DNA of 64,000 nucleotides from Hemiscyllium ocellatum. Its lineage: Eukaryota. Positions 41,256 through 54,000 of the stretch are shown piece by piece (position 1 is the stretch's first letter; each line of letters starts with the position of its first letter). A model generated the notes under the pieces. The model did no database searches and was not told where the DNA came from. It worked only from the letters and a program-made list of their open reading frames with translations. A program made the translations under genes and the position numbers. Location: contig NC_083408.1 in assembly GCF_020745735.1 (NCBI RefSeq), positions 51,614,484-51,678,483 of the forward strand. Direction: 5' to 3'.

Positions 41256-44200
41256 AAAAATAGGTTACATTCAGAAGTTTTGACATCTTGTCCTTTTCTT
41301 TATCACCGCTAAATGCAATAGTGATCTGCAGTAATACTTTTTTTTATATAAATGGCTTTCTTTCTGCATGCATTTCTCATCCCCGTCAAAGAGACCAAAG
41401 TATACCAGATTAGTCAGGAATGAAACCACCCCTCCCCTTTATCTAGGCCTAATTTATCCCGTTGTACTCACCCACGTTTAAGCTGAACCGTTGGTATAAT
41501 GTTTAAGTTACGCTCCAATTTAACTAATATGCTCACGTTTAAAAAAATATATATAACTCTTCCCAATGAGTTTTATATTGGCGCCGCGTGTTCTTAGTAC
41601 CGTTCAATTCACGGCTCATTCTGCATTATACACACCGAATAAAGGAACAGGTTTGAATCCATCCCTAAAACTATTTTCTCTCAAAATTTGTTTCACTGTC
41701 GCGCTAGTTTCCAAACTATTTGCTGATTTTTTTGTGTGGTTTAGATGTGAAGCACACAGGACTCTTTGAGGCAAATATTTCAAACGTTAGTGTAGTTGCT
41801 GGAGTGATGTATTGTTGATTTAAATGTGGTTTCCCAGAAAGTGGAGCCTGCCTTTTCACAGTCACCTCATCAGTTCATGCAATTTTGAAACAATACACAG
41901 ACTTCAAAAGACATTAAGAGACCAATGCCTCCTGCACTGCCAGGTATAAAATACAAACGTTAATTTTTAAACAGAGAGCGACCCACCAGGAAATTTAGTT
42001 GAAAGTTATAAATTAATATTTGATTTGACGATTTGTCAATTGACGTTGAGGTATTATTTCCAAATTCATATTGAAGTGTGTGATCACTGATAGCAAGTGA
42101 ATGAGTTCTTCATGTACGCTGGGGATATTGTCGATTCAGGGACAATATGATTATGAAATAAATTCTTCCGTAGAAATGACAGCCGGTGCCAATGGAATGT
42201 TATGTACATTTGTAACCCCATTTCAGATGAGATTGATTCATGCAGCGATCTGGAGGCAATTACTTTTGGTTGTATCATTTATGACTAAAAGCATTGAAAC
42301 TCTCTGTGAAAATATACAACATTTGACAAGCTGAGATGTCACATTTGTGAGAAAAATTTGACTAACACATTTCTTGCAAATTCGATCCGCTGTAGGTCTG
42401 TGCAGGGTGCTACCCTTATTTGTTCTTCTTGTGTTACATTAACTATGCCCACGAGTAACGCAAGAAGGCTAGTGCCTCTCACAATAGGCCCGAAGGAAAA
42501 TGAATCTCGGCTGTAGATGTTATCGCTGTAATGTTAAGCAGGGTTATGCGAAAGAAGGAAGTGTGGCTCCTGAATTAAATACAAGCAAATTGATATGAAA
42601 AAAAAACAGGAAAGGAGAATTTGCGAGGCGTTACTGAGGGGATCTACAATAAGAGGGTTTTCTTTGACCTGAAGAAACGTGAAGCTTCATTTACATAGAG
42701 ACAAGACGCAGTGACGTTAGCTGTTATCCGGGCCGCTAGCTGCTCCAGACGTTCTCCAGAGATAATCTATCCCGTTTCTCTGCTCCAAACCGGCGCTCCG
42801 GAACTAGAAAATAAAACCAATCTATCTGTTGATAAAATGCTGTACATAGTCTATTAGAAAACAATAAACCGGGTCACGTCTTTAAAAAGTTCCAATTCCT
42901 TTTTTTTGCGCTGCGGCACAGGTCAAAGGCACGCCTGCTTTTCAGATCTGTGGCTGCCTTAGAAATTGAACCTCAAAGTGTTTTCAAAAAAGATCATTAT
43001 ATCATTAGGAAAAGTTTAAAGTTTTTTTTCGTTAAGTGCCATTTTACGAAAGGAGAGGAGCATTCCGCTGTTTAACCCCTGAAGTTTCACTGAGCTGGAA
43101 CGTGCCGTCGAATGCAATGCCTTGCATTTGGTAAGTCCACCATCTCCCTTTCTTTCCAATAGTTTGTTGTTGACTTGCTAAGATTGTTTGAATTGTATAT
43201 GTGTGTATATTGTACTGCAGAGTATTTATTTCATTGTTTTTTTTTGAAATTTAATTTAATTGAACTCTGGGCCTAAGGCGCCTGTTTATCCAACGTCCTA
43301 ATAATCAGCATAAACTGACAATCGTGATTTTAAGAATATTATCATTGGGACGGTTTCAGCGGCCTGTACATTAAAAATGTGCAGTTAGGATACATTTCCG
43401 CAGGGCAGTCATGCTGAGGTGTCAGAAAGCGCATCAGAATATTTTAATGATTACTTACAAACAAATTGAAATTCTCAGGTTTGTACCAATGCTGTTTAGA
43501 CTTGACCTGCCATTAACAGAAGATCGATTCAAACAAAAAGAAACCGTGCACATAATGTCGCAATTCCATGACTATTGCCAAGTTGCTTTGTGTGTGAAGC
43601 GATTGGGAAGGGGAACTAGATCGCGACAAATGCTTGACTGTGATTGAGTGGATACCCAACATGAAAACACATAAGATCTCCAATTACTTTCATGCTCAAG
43701 CACATCAAATCCACTAGCTGCGAAGTTTAGGAAGTACAGGCGTGTTAAAAGGGCAGCAGGGAGTTTACCTGATAGAATGTGACGCCCGGATAGTCATAGT
43801 TTTGATAATCAAATTGTCCCTAATGATCCGAAGAACACATCTTAGCTAGTGGTTTCAAAGTCCAACAAGCCATGTTGAAACAATTGAAAATTTCCAATGT
43901 AATAGTTTATTTTACAAATTGTTAAGAGCACAGCAAATATGTTGCAATGTCTTGCTGAGAGAAAAAAATACTAAAATGCGCTGTTGTGCATTATTATGCC
44001 AAGCGGAGTCACATCATGCCTGAAGCCGAGACCCTCACAAGAGTAGATCCTAATTTAGTATTACACGGATTTGAATGAGAAAAAAAACCTTCACCACGAA
44101 TCCGTAATGAAAGGTCTCAATGTGATGGCTTTGGTTTGGCTCGAATGTGGAAGATAGCTCACTCTGATCAGCATTTTGGGTAATGTGGCAATACTGTGTG

Positions 44201-47200
44201 TCAACTGTGTGGTACGTTCTACAAGGTGAGCGACTCTTGGGGCAAATGTACATTCAAGATCTGTCGGATCATTCCCAATAACTCTGTCCGGAATCCGATT
44301 AATGTCAAAATATAAGATCCGCAGCCGTGATCTTTCTTCCCATCTTTGCTTTTTCTTCGTAAGCGCCGAAAGTTGTTTCCCGTGCAAGTAATGCCCCATT
44401 TCTGCCTCAGTGTATTTCCTATCTCCAAAATCCTGCAAGGAAAGAAATAGAGTAGACCCCTTGACAATATTTCCAATTTGAATTGATGTATTATGTATTT
44501 TTTTTAAGTCCACATTGAAGGGATTGTTTCTGGTAACTAAGGATCTACCCGTTTGGGTCAAACGTGGTATTTGCCGGGTTAGATAGAGGTGAAGGTGAAG
44601 TTCATTAGGGGTTTGAGGGATGTGTGAGTGGTGCCCAGAGGGCGGAGTTCTTGCGCACTGTAAACTTTCCAGATCAAACCTCACTGCAATTGTCTGGAAA
44701 CAGATGGCAGCGACATTGAACGGGAGCGAGAGTTGAGCGTCAATCCTCACTAAGTAGGGAACTCGTGAAAATAAAAACCACTGGAATATCGAAGATAAAA
44801 CAAAATGCAATTAAACAGAAGTAACCATTATGTCTTAGCCCGCAATAACTGTAAGCAAGTAACTTCCGATTAAGAACAACAGAAAATCAACGCTCTCACT
44901 TTGCACAATAATGTGTTTCCCTCTACTCAAACTGTTGGTTTGAATCTTTTGATTATTTACATTTGAAAGTTTTAAACAAATTTAGCTGTGGCAACTTCCG
45001 TCGCTAAGGCATTATGCTACAACATTTAAATAATATGATATATGATAATGAGAAGAAAGGGAATTTAATTATCGGGCGCATAATCTAAACATCCATATAT
45101 TTTCAAATAATATTTTTGCGCTGCTTTTGAACAGCCTTAAATTATTTTATTTTATTTATTTCTTGATAATAATCTGCAAATTGTTCCTTAATATTCAATT
45201 TATACGTGTTTTATGAACAATTTGAGCCACATATTTGACTGTCAGATATTGAATACACGAAACACAAATAAATAGCGAAAATAGAACTGTTGCCAAAATA
45301 AGTACAACTGCATAATTAACCAGAATTCATATCTGGACTAATTTGGTTTCTCATCAAATGGATAAAATTAGGGAATAAACGCCGACACTATGGGGTTTTA
45401 AAATGTTATATCTGTGCTTAAGCGCATCGTTCTTTATTCGCTCTTTTATTGAATCATCTTATTGACATACTAAGACCATTGTCTTTACATTATCTCAATC
45501 GACATTTCTTTTCAAGACTACAATTTTTAAACTTCCTATATTTTATTTCAAATATGAATTTTAAATTATTTGAAAGCAAGCAATGGCGCACTTACGTAAT
45601 TTGTAATGCTGTGCGTTAGTTAGTGTAAGATGCGAGGGTAAAATGGATCACTGGGATACTGGATTAGTGAAATAAAACATGTCCTCTGTGCTAATTGCAA
45701 TTATAATGCTGGTATTGCAGACTCTACCTTGGAGGGTGTTACTTGCCTGTCTAAATTTGCAACACATTCACCAGGGCACAGTTTGGGTAAATATGCCGAG
45801 TTTATAATCTTCGTGTTTCTTTTAACGTGTTTAATGTCTAAGGGTAAACATATATTTTAGACTTACATGAAACAAATAAAATATGTAACATTGGTTAAAT
45901 CGTAAACTTTATATTTCTCTTTCTAGCAACTGATTATCAGCGACATATAAGGTATTGGATATATTTTCTATTATGAAAAAAACCACAAGACTTTGAATAT
46001 TTGTTATTACTTACCTAACTTGCAAGATAGCTTGCTTGCCTTATAATCACGAATAACTCTCCCTGCATAATATACAAAACAATATATTCACTTTTGGCCG
46101 AGATGCAGTACTAAATATTACCACGGCAAATCTCTAATTTATTATTATAATTATAATTCATGCATCCATTGACGAAAAATTGCAATAATCTTTAAAAACC
46201 AGTTTCCTCCATCTACAAATAGTTGTGCGGGTGATGTAACGAAAATAATTCATATAAACAGAATAGCCAGAAATTCTACAGCTGTTGGTCTGCTATTAAG
46301 GCTTTTTTTTGGAACCATTTCCCAGAGCAAAATGTGTTTGTAAACACATCGATTTACATTGGTGAGGCTGAACAGTGAAAGAGTTGGAGCAATTGTTGCT
46401 CACAGACTGGGCATCGCCTGAGTCGCAGACCTTGTTCCTGGACGTTAACCTGATCGAGTATGACAGGCCACTTTGTTTGCGGCGCTTTACTGTTGTGAAC
46501 TCGATCTAGTGAGTATTGTACTCAGTTTCAACACACTGCGTCTATCATAGATCTAAGCACATTTCCTTGATAACTCATCTTACATTCCGAGACATTGTGA
46601 CGAAAAGCTAAAACTGTTATTTTCGGTTTCGGAGGACTTTACTTCACAGCCTTAAGTTTGACAAGTCTTCAAGTTGCACATTTAACATAGGTCATCATTG
46701 ATAGTGCTTGTAACAGAATATAAGCTGGAAATTATCAGTATGTCGCCAGAAGACACATACATTTAATTTCATTTCCTCTTGATTTTCTTTTGACAACTGC
46801 TGGCTAACCTTTTCAGCAGAGAGGAGCTTGGTCAGAACTGTCAATGGTAGCGTGGGGGCGCTGTTGGTAAAGCAATGAGTCTAACATGTCTCTTTCGCTG
46901 TTTACCTAATCTCTCTTTCTTCCCCCCTCTCACTCTCTCTCTCGCTTTCCTTCACAGTTTGTGTCTGTGTTTCAAAAACACAATGCACATATTCGATTGT
47001 CTTTTGCACATTATGCATTTCTATCGGCACCAAACGGTTCCTCTTCTCACGGTGTAAACCTCGAGTCCCGGAGCTCAACTGGCTCCAGAGAGAAGGGTGG
47101 ACTCACTTCCACTTGGCTTGGAGCAGAATCGGCTCTCAGGTTTACACTAGAAAAACTTTAGCGCCTGGCACTGACCCTGCCATAATAAGAAGGCGGATGC

Positions 47201-47492
47201 ATCGACGATCAGAAAAGGTGTACGCAATTTAGCAAACAATGCCGACTCAAAAGGGAATCGACGTTTAAGTCACATGCTTCACTTTTCCAATCAGCAAAAC
47301 ATATTCTCGTGGTCACGCTTAAACATATTTGTGTAAATAAAATATATTGTTTAATTGGTTTATTGAATAGTTGGTAAAATACAAATAACGTGAGGAATAA
47401 AAATCTCCCTGTTTTGTGAACCATTAATTTGACTTTAAGAAACGGTGACCAAGGCTAGTTTTGAACGTGCGTGTCAATGAATCAGTTCAAGT

Positions 47493-47525
47493 TATATATA
47501 CTATATATATATATATATATATATA
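47493..47525. repeat. (TA)n microsatellite
   Basis: Read directly. Confidence 0.9.
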
Positions 47526-50500
47526 GAGTTTATTGGTTTGTTGTGATCCATGATGGAGTCAGTGTTATTTGGGAAAGCAAATGTGTTTTGAATATGATTG
47601 AAATAACATTTATCAGCAAATCCTTCACAGTATTTTCGTTGTATTTTTAATGTTATTTAATATTTTGACACCTGGACTATCTGCTAGACATTCCAATCGT
47701 TCAGGCTGAGGTTTCTTTTTAACATTGTTGAGATTGCGCAGCTATTTATTGTTCGGACTCATGCAGATGAAGTTCACTGAAGAACACGTTTGATGTTATT
47801 AACTGGGAGTTTAAACGTTCAATGAATATAATAAAGCTACTGAGCGATCTTTGTGTGTTTGGTCACAGGGAGATATAATTTAACTCTACCTCTTGTCTCT
47901 AGCTGCTCTTAAATATTCAATTTTAGTTTCGCTAAAATGGGCGCCTATGTGTGCACCGACTAAACAAATTATTGGTGCATGTTTTACAAGTATGCCTAGC
48001 AGCAGCAATCAACTGCTTTCACTCCAGGGATTTGATTTGAGAAATAATGAAGGTGGGATTTGCCAAACCTCGGTGCACCAGCAGATTTTAAACAGGAAAT
48101 GGCATGGAATACATAGAATGAACAATCGCTTTGAACTGTGATATAGTATTTTTGATGAAATATAACGTTAGTGGTCCCTTTAAATTGGAAAGTATCGGGC
48201 TGGTCAATCCATATCCAGTTACCTCGTTTACATTTAAAACCAGAAATTTGCACATTTGTCCACTGCCCTGTCCGTCAATCTTCTCGCCATCGGAACAAAG
48301 GGCATGTTTGATTTTGCAACACAACAGTAAGATTCTGTGATAGATATGTTCCAGATAGGAGATGGGAATAGAAAGCCGTGTGTCGTTTGGAAATTGGTTT
48401 TTAAAATGCTCACAGATATACATGCCCATGTATTTGACATTGGTTGAACAAATAAACAGAAAAAAAATCATCTCCAGTGGTTCCAAGTCATTGAACACAG
48501 GCGTATTGTTTGCCAAGACTTGATATTTCATAAAGAGGGAATGAAGGATTATTTATTTATATTGCATGAGTAACTATAACTATCATTTTACAATATTTGG
48601 TTTTGTCGAGTAACCCAGAACCACTGAAGGTTACCCGATTTAGAACACGCGCGCCTATATATGTCCAAAGTAACAAAAATGTGCTTTTCGATCGTATTAA
48701 ATATCTAGGAAGAGAAAATTAAATACTTGCAAAGCTTTTCGCCCCGTAAAGTAGATAATTCCCAGGAATGTTCTTGTTCAAATGTCAAATCTCCTAACAA
48801 AAATGAAATGACAGCTATTAAAGTTAAGCAGAGTTCGCACCTCAATATTTAATATAAAACGCTGGTAATTGCCTTAACAATTACGCTACACCTTGTCCTT
48901 GTGCGTTATCAGTTTCCGCGTCCTGTCATTTTTACAATAATTATCTATGATTCATTTCAATTCGCCTTCTTGCTAAAATTAATTTCATGAATGCGACCAC
49001 GTTTTTTTTTCTCAAAAACATTTCATTTCTAATTCCTTTAAAATTGACTCCACACCACCGCTATGTAAATAGGTTATATTTTATTGGAAACTTTTTTAGG
49101 TAACAAAAGTAGAAACAACGTTTTGAATACTTTTTTTTTCTGGACATGGTATTGACCTGAAATGGTTCAAACTGTAAAAGGAGGTTATGGAAATATCCAA
49201 TCCATGAGAAAACCCCATCCATGTTTTGAGTGATGCCAATATTAAAACATCATTGAACTAGCGTAAATAAGAAAGGACTCTTCTGATACGTTCCGGAAAT
49301 GAAAAATGTACTCCTATATAATTACGTTGTGGAAATCATTTGGGACTCGGTAGGATTTTATTTGCGATTCTGAATAGCGAACTAATGTGCGTAAACCCTC
49401 GGCCTAGTGCTCCAAATTACAGACAGCATCGTAGGGGGAGGGGGTGGGGGGGAGTGGGGGGAGGACACAACACACCATCCAGTAGCTCGTAATCAACTGG
49501 GTGTAAACTATACATTTGACGATATAAAAAAACCGTGCCTGGAAATAGATTCGTGTTGAGATCATTCACATTAACCAAATACCGAATTTAAATATCAAAT
49601 TCGAGTATTGCCAACAAACTGACGGAGGTGATGGTTTTTATTGGAACCGAGCTCAACAAGCCGAGTTTCTCCAACAATTTCTGTTTTTGTGACAACAAAT
49701 GATATGCTCAGTAGAGGCTGAGACTGTAAAGACTGTAGGATAGGAAATAATTGTTGTTTTCTACCAAGCTTATTCCAAATTACTCATTCACCTCTTGGTT
49801 AAAATCAACGACGGCTGAAATCCATTTTGATGTTTAAAATGCGTTAGTAGTGCTATAAAAACCCCATTGTTGAGAGCATTGCGTAAACATGTCAACCACA
49901 CATTTAAAATGAGTCATTTATCAGAAATTGGTCACAAATTATACAAGGTTTAATTTGTATTGATTTGCGTGTTTATCTATTTGTGAAAACCTTTACGTAA
50001 TTGCCTACATAGTCATTGGCTTGTGTTGATATTACCGTATTGTTTTGAAACAAACTTCTTATAATCTGCAAGAAATTGGCACATGTACAGCTGAAGTATT
50101 ATATCGATGGTAGATTGCCATCAGCCTTGGGAAAGATGACTGCGATAATACAAGTGAACGAAAGTGCTCAAATCTAAATGTATGATGTTGAAGCGGGAAA
50201 TTGGAATAATTTTATATGAACCTTTTGCTATTTAAAAGAAGTGTCACTTAAAACATTCCTGGATTATCTATTTGCTTAGTCGGAAGGACAATGGAGTATT
50301 TCCACTTTAAACGAAGGTTTCTTGTATGCGGGTTGAAGATACAAGTTAGTGTTCACAGACGGTTCCAGATTTCCATATTGTAGTTATCACTTTTCAGCAA
50401 CAGGGAACCGACATCACTACTTAAGTTTCGTAACTTGAAATATCAGTTTTGATTAATTCATTGGTTTTAAAAGATTTGGAAATAATCTAAGTGCATTTTT

Positions 50501-50754
50501 TTCTTGAAAACACTCTGAAATCACACTAATGTTGTCCCACCAAATATCGAAGAAATTTGTACGAGGGGTAGGCTTTAATTTATTGAACATCTGGCATAAA
50601 CATGGACCTGATCAAAAACAGATTAGTTTATTGGGTATTGATGACCTCTCTCAATGTACTGCCGTTTCTGTGATAACGATTAAATTTTATGCTAAATTAC
50701 TGTATTGTTTACGCACAGAATCAGACTTAAAGCAATGGTAAGAAACGTATGCAT

Positions 50755-51030
50755 TTTGTGTGCGAGCCTGTCTCTAGCCCTGTGTGAATCTGTCCCTGTG
50801 TGTATTTGCCCCAATGGTGTCTGCTCTTGTGTGTGGGTACCTGTCCGTGTGTGCTTAGCTGCCCTGTATATGTCTGTCATCGTGTAAGTGTCTGCATTTA
50901 TATGTCTGCTGCTGTGTGTAAGTTTGTGTGTGGTTGCACTTTCATGTGTGCCTGCCGTATATATCTGTCCCTGTGTATACACATGCGTGTGTGTATCTGC
51001 CCCTATATGTGTTGAACTCCTGTGTGTCAC
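50755..51030. repeat. Degenerate TG-rich simple repeat
   Basis: Recurrent tctgtccctgtgt/tctgc...tgtgtg units; explains the Cys/Val and His/Thr-rich spurious ORFs here. Confidence 0.75.
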
Positions 51031-54000
51031 TACAACCTGTAGAGTTGGAACTGGTTTGGGAAGCACTGTTTGAAAGTGCAGGTCTTTCCTTTCTTCTGAC
51101 TCGCCGACCCAATAGGTTGAGCTAATGCTGAGGGCGTCGTGTGAATGAACTGGAAAACACTCGACAGGTCGTGAATAATCGTTTTAATGAGTGTGTAAAG
51201 CATGCGACGGGGTGCAGAGAGCTGTCGGGTTAAACAAACAACTTGTACCCTGATGTAATCCGATTGTTAAAGTGCAAAGTGGTGTCATTCCAGTTTTCCG
51301 TTCCGTTGGTTAAAACCACAGCTCCAACACGCGGGAGTCCAATTGTCCCAATTAAAGAAAAATAACAATATTTTCTTAACTTGAGTGTGATCTTGTTTAA
51401 TGTTAGTCTGTGGCTTAGCCAAGCATCAATTCAGACAAAAAGGTGATTTGTGAGCGTACTACAGTCTTTAATCAAAGCCCAAGTTGATGCATAACATGCT
51501 TGCCACCCGTAGAGGACAATAAATTGTTATTTTGTTCAATTGATCTATGTAGTATATTTGATTCAGCAACGCGATGAATGAGGGCGATATAATATACAGC
51601 CGCAGCATCGGCGAATTGCTTTGATTATAACATTTAGCATTTTGTATGCAAACCAACAACATTGTGTGTGTATGTGTGTGTATATTTCATACGTACTCAA
51701 ACTATAAAAAAAAAGCCCAGTTTTTGAACCGGGTTGATAAACACTGACACACAAAAATGTTAAAACGTCCTTAAAATTCCACATAATCACGTGCTTCCCA
51801 AATGTTGGCCACGTGTGAACCTTGCACAAAATGAGGAGGATTTTATCCGCATGTACAGTCCCAAGTGTACACTGTAGGTCTTTGGAACATTGAAACAATG
51901 GGATCGAAATAAATACTTAGTTTCAATTAATTACGACGATGTATTACCCAAACATAAGTAACCGACTGTTGCATGGAAACAAATACCGTGGAACCGCGTC
52001 GCTCACCGCCATGTGTGTATTGTGAACAGATCTGGAATCTACTGGGACATTTTAAACTTCCGATTGCGCCCGTTTCTAGGTTCCACACATTTTGTAACGC
52101 TCTGGCGCTGTTAGGAAATTGAATTCTAGTGCGGAGAAGTTGCGGTCTTCCTAAATAAACTCACAAGTTGCTGGCAGATTAGTGTCAGAATAGATTCGAG
52201 TTTTACGCAAAAGCTATTACTGATTAAAAACCCGAATCTGAAGAAAATTCTGTTTATGGCCCTTATATTTAAATATTGTACATTTTCATTACTATTTTCA
52301 AACATTGTAACAAAATCTTTCCTAAAAATATCTGTATGCCTTTATCCTGTTGTGTTCATTAATTGCTATTAATTGTATTTATTTTGACAGACATAATTCA
52401 AAAAACAACACCAATATAATATTGCCGAGTAAACGATTCAACCAGGCAGACTTATAGTAATTACACAGTGGCAGAAAAATCAGACTAAGAAAATTGAAGT
52501 TTTACACCTTGTTGACAATAAGTGTCATACAATTGGTTCGTTCTCGTGTTTTCAAAGAAAGATCGGAGTAAACTAATATAATTATAAGTGTTGATATTCC
52601 AGTTCATATATCAGCCTTACAGGAAATTGTTATGTACCTGCAGGAGCCAAATCGCCCTAATAATCTTTAAAATAAACCCCTAGATTGCTTTTTATTCTGG
52701 CTGTTTGTTTGCTCTGCTTTGCTGTGTAAGTAAAATGCACTAACATATGTTTACGTCAATACAGCTGTGCTTTAAGAAACGTTTGTCTTGCTGAAGTGAA
52801 AACAGGTTCCAGAAACAAAAACATTTACAACGTCAGAAACAGGCGGTGACAATTCCAAACACGTCAACAGTAACCCGCGAGTTTCAGAGGCATGGGAAAT
52901 ATGGCAGGGTTCCTATTAGAGATCTATTTGTCCAACTGTCGTGTAGTTTTAAAAATCTGTATCGAGCAGAAAGTTTAGAATTTGTTCCAATGCCTGTTCA
53001 CACCGTTGTGTTAAGTGAGTGTTCGGATAAGTGATTGCTGTACAAATACAACTCTCCGTATTCCCATCATACCGCCTCAAAGTCCCATTTTTCTTGCAAA
53101 TAATAAAATAATCACGTCTGGCTGTACGAGCAGAACGCAAAGAGGACTGAGTTGTGTTCGGTGAGAATTTTCAGGGAGCCCCGCTCAAGACGGAAGGCGG
53201 CAGGCAAGATCCGCGAGTCACTGGGAAGGTTTTGTCTCCTCCGGTAGTCACACGGAAACGCATCTGTGAATCTGATAACATCTTCCTAAAATCATCGTCC
53301 CTCCCCAGAATGGTCTTGAATTCACTAGCACAAAGCAAGCAGTCCCACTGTTCACACACACACACGCTCAAATGATAAGGCAGCTCTCGCCTGGAGAGTG
53401 ACTCCACCGTGGAACCCGCTGTCTGACCAGGTGTCATAGAAACCAATTTTAGACAGCGAGAAATATTGACCAAAGAAAAGGTGAATGTGATGAATGAAAT
53501 TCTGGTCACAGAGCACGGAGACAGGCTATGGCATAAAGTGCTCTTTTGTACAAATGAAAACATACTTCGGCGCCGTTACAGGTTATGGTGGGTAAATAGC
53601 AGAGTCTCGGCCGGAGTAGGAATTGCTATTGTTAAACACGCTAAAGCCATTCCGCGTAAAGTAAAGGGGAAAGGGCAAAGGCATTCTTGAGATTAGATTT
53701 CTTCAAGTATTCCCTCTCGAAACAGTTCACTAGTTTTCCGAAAGTACTGTATTAAAAGAAAACATTCACAAAAGCAGATCCTCAGCCATTGCGCATCGGT
53801 TTCACCACAAGCAACGTTAAAGACAGAAAACTTTTTTTTATGTAATAAAACTTTTTTCGAGTCTGCTGGTGATCGATGCGTTGGTGCTTCCTACATTTTA
53901 GAGCTAATCGCACTATCATCAGCTGAGGATATGTTTGACCGTAAACCTCGAAAAATTGCACACTGACAAACCGAATTTTCTGAAATGTTGTGCAAGCTAA

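Noticed and set aside
42922-42962. Predicted peptide FSDLWLP resembles the p53 FSDLW motif
   Set aside because: Five-residue match in a hypothetical isoform; most likely coincidence.
44091-44810. 239-aa minus-strand ORF
   Set aside because: Non-ATG start, no recognisable motif or codon bias; treated as chance, although BLASTP was not possible.
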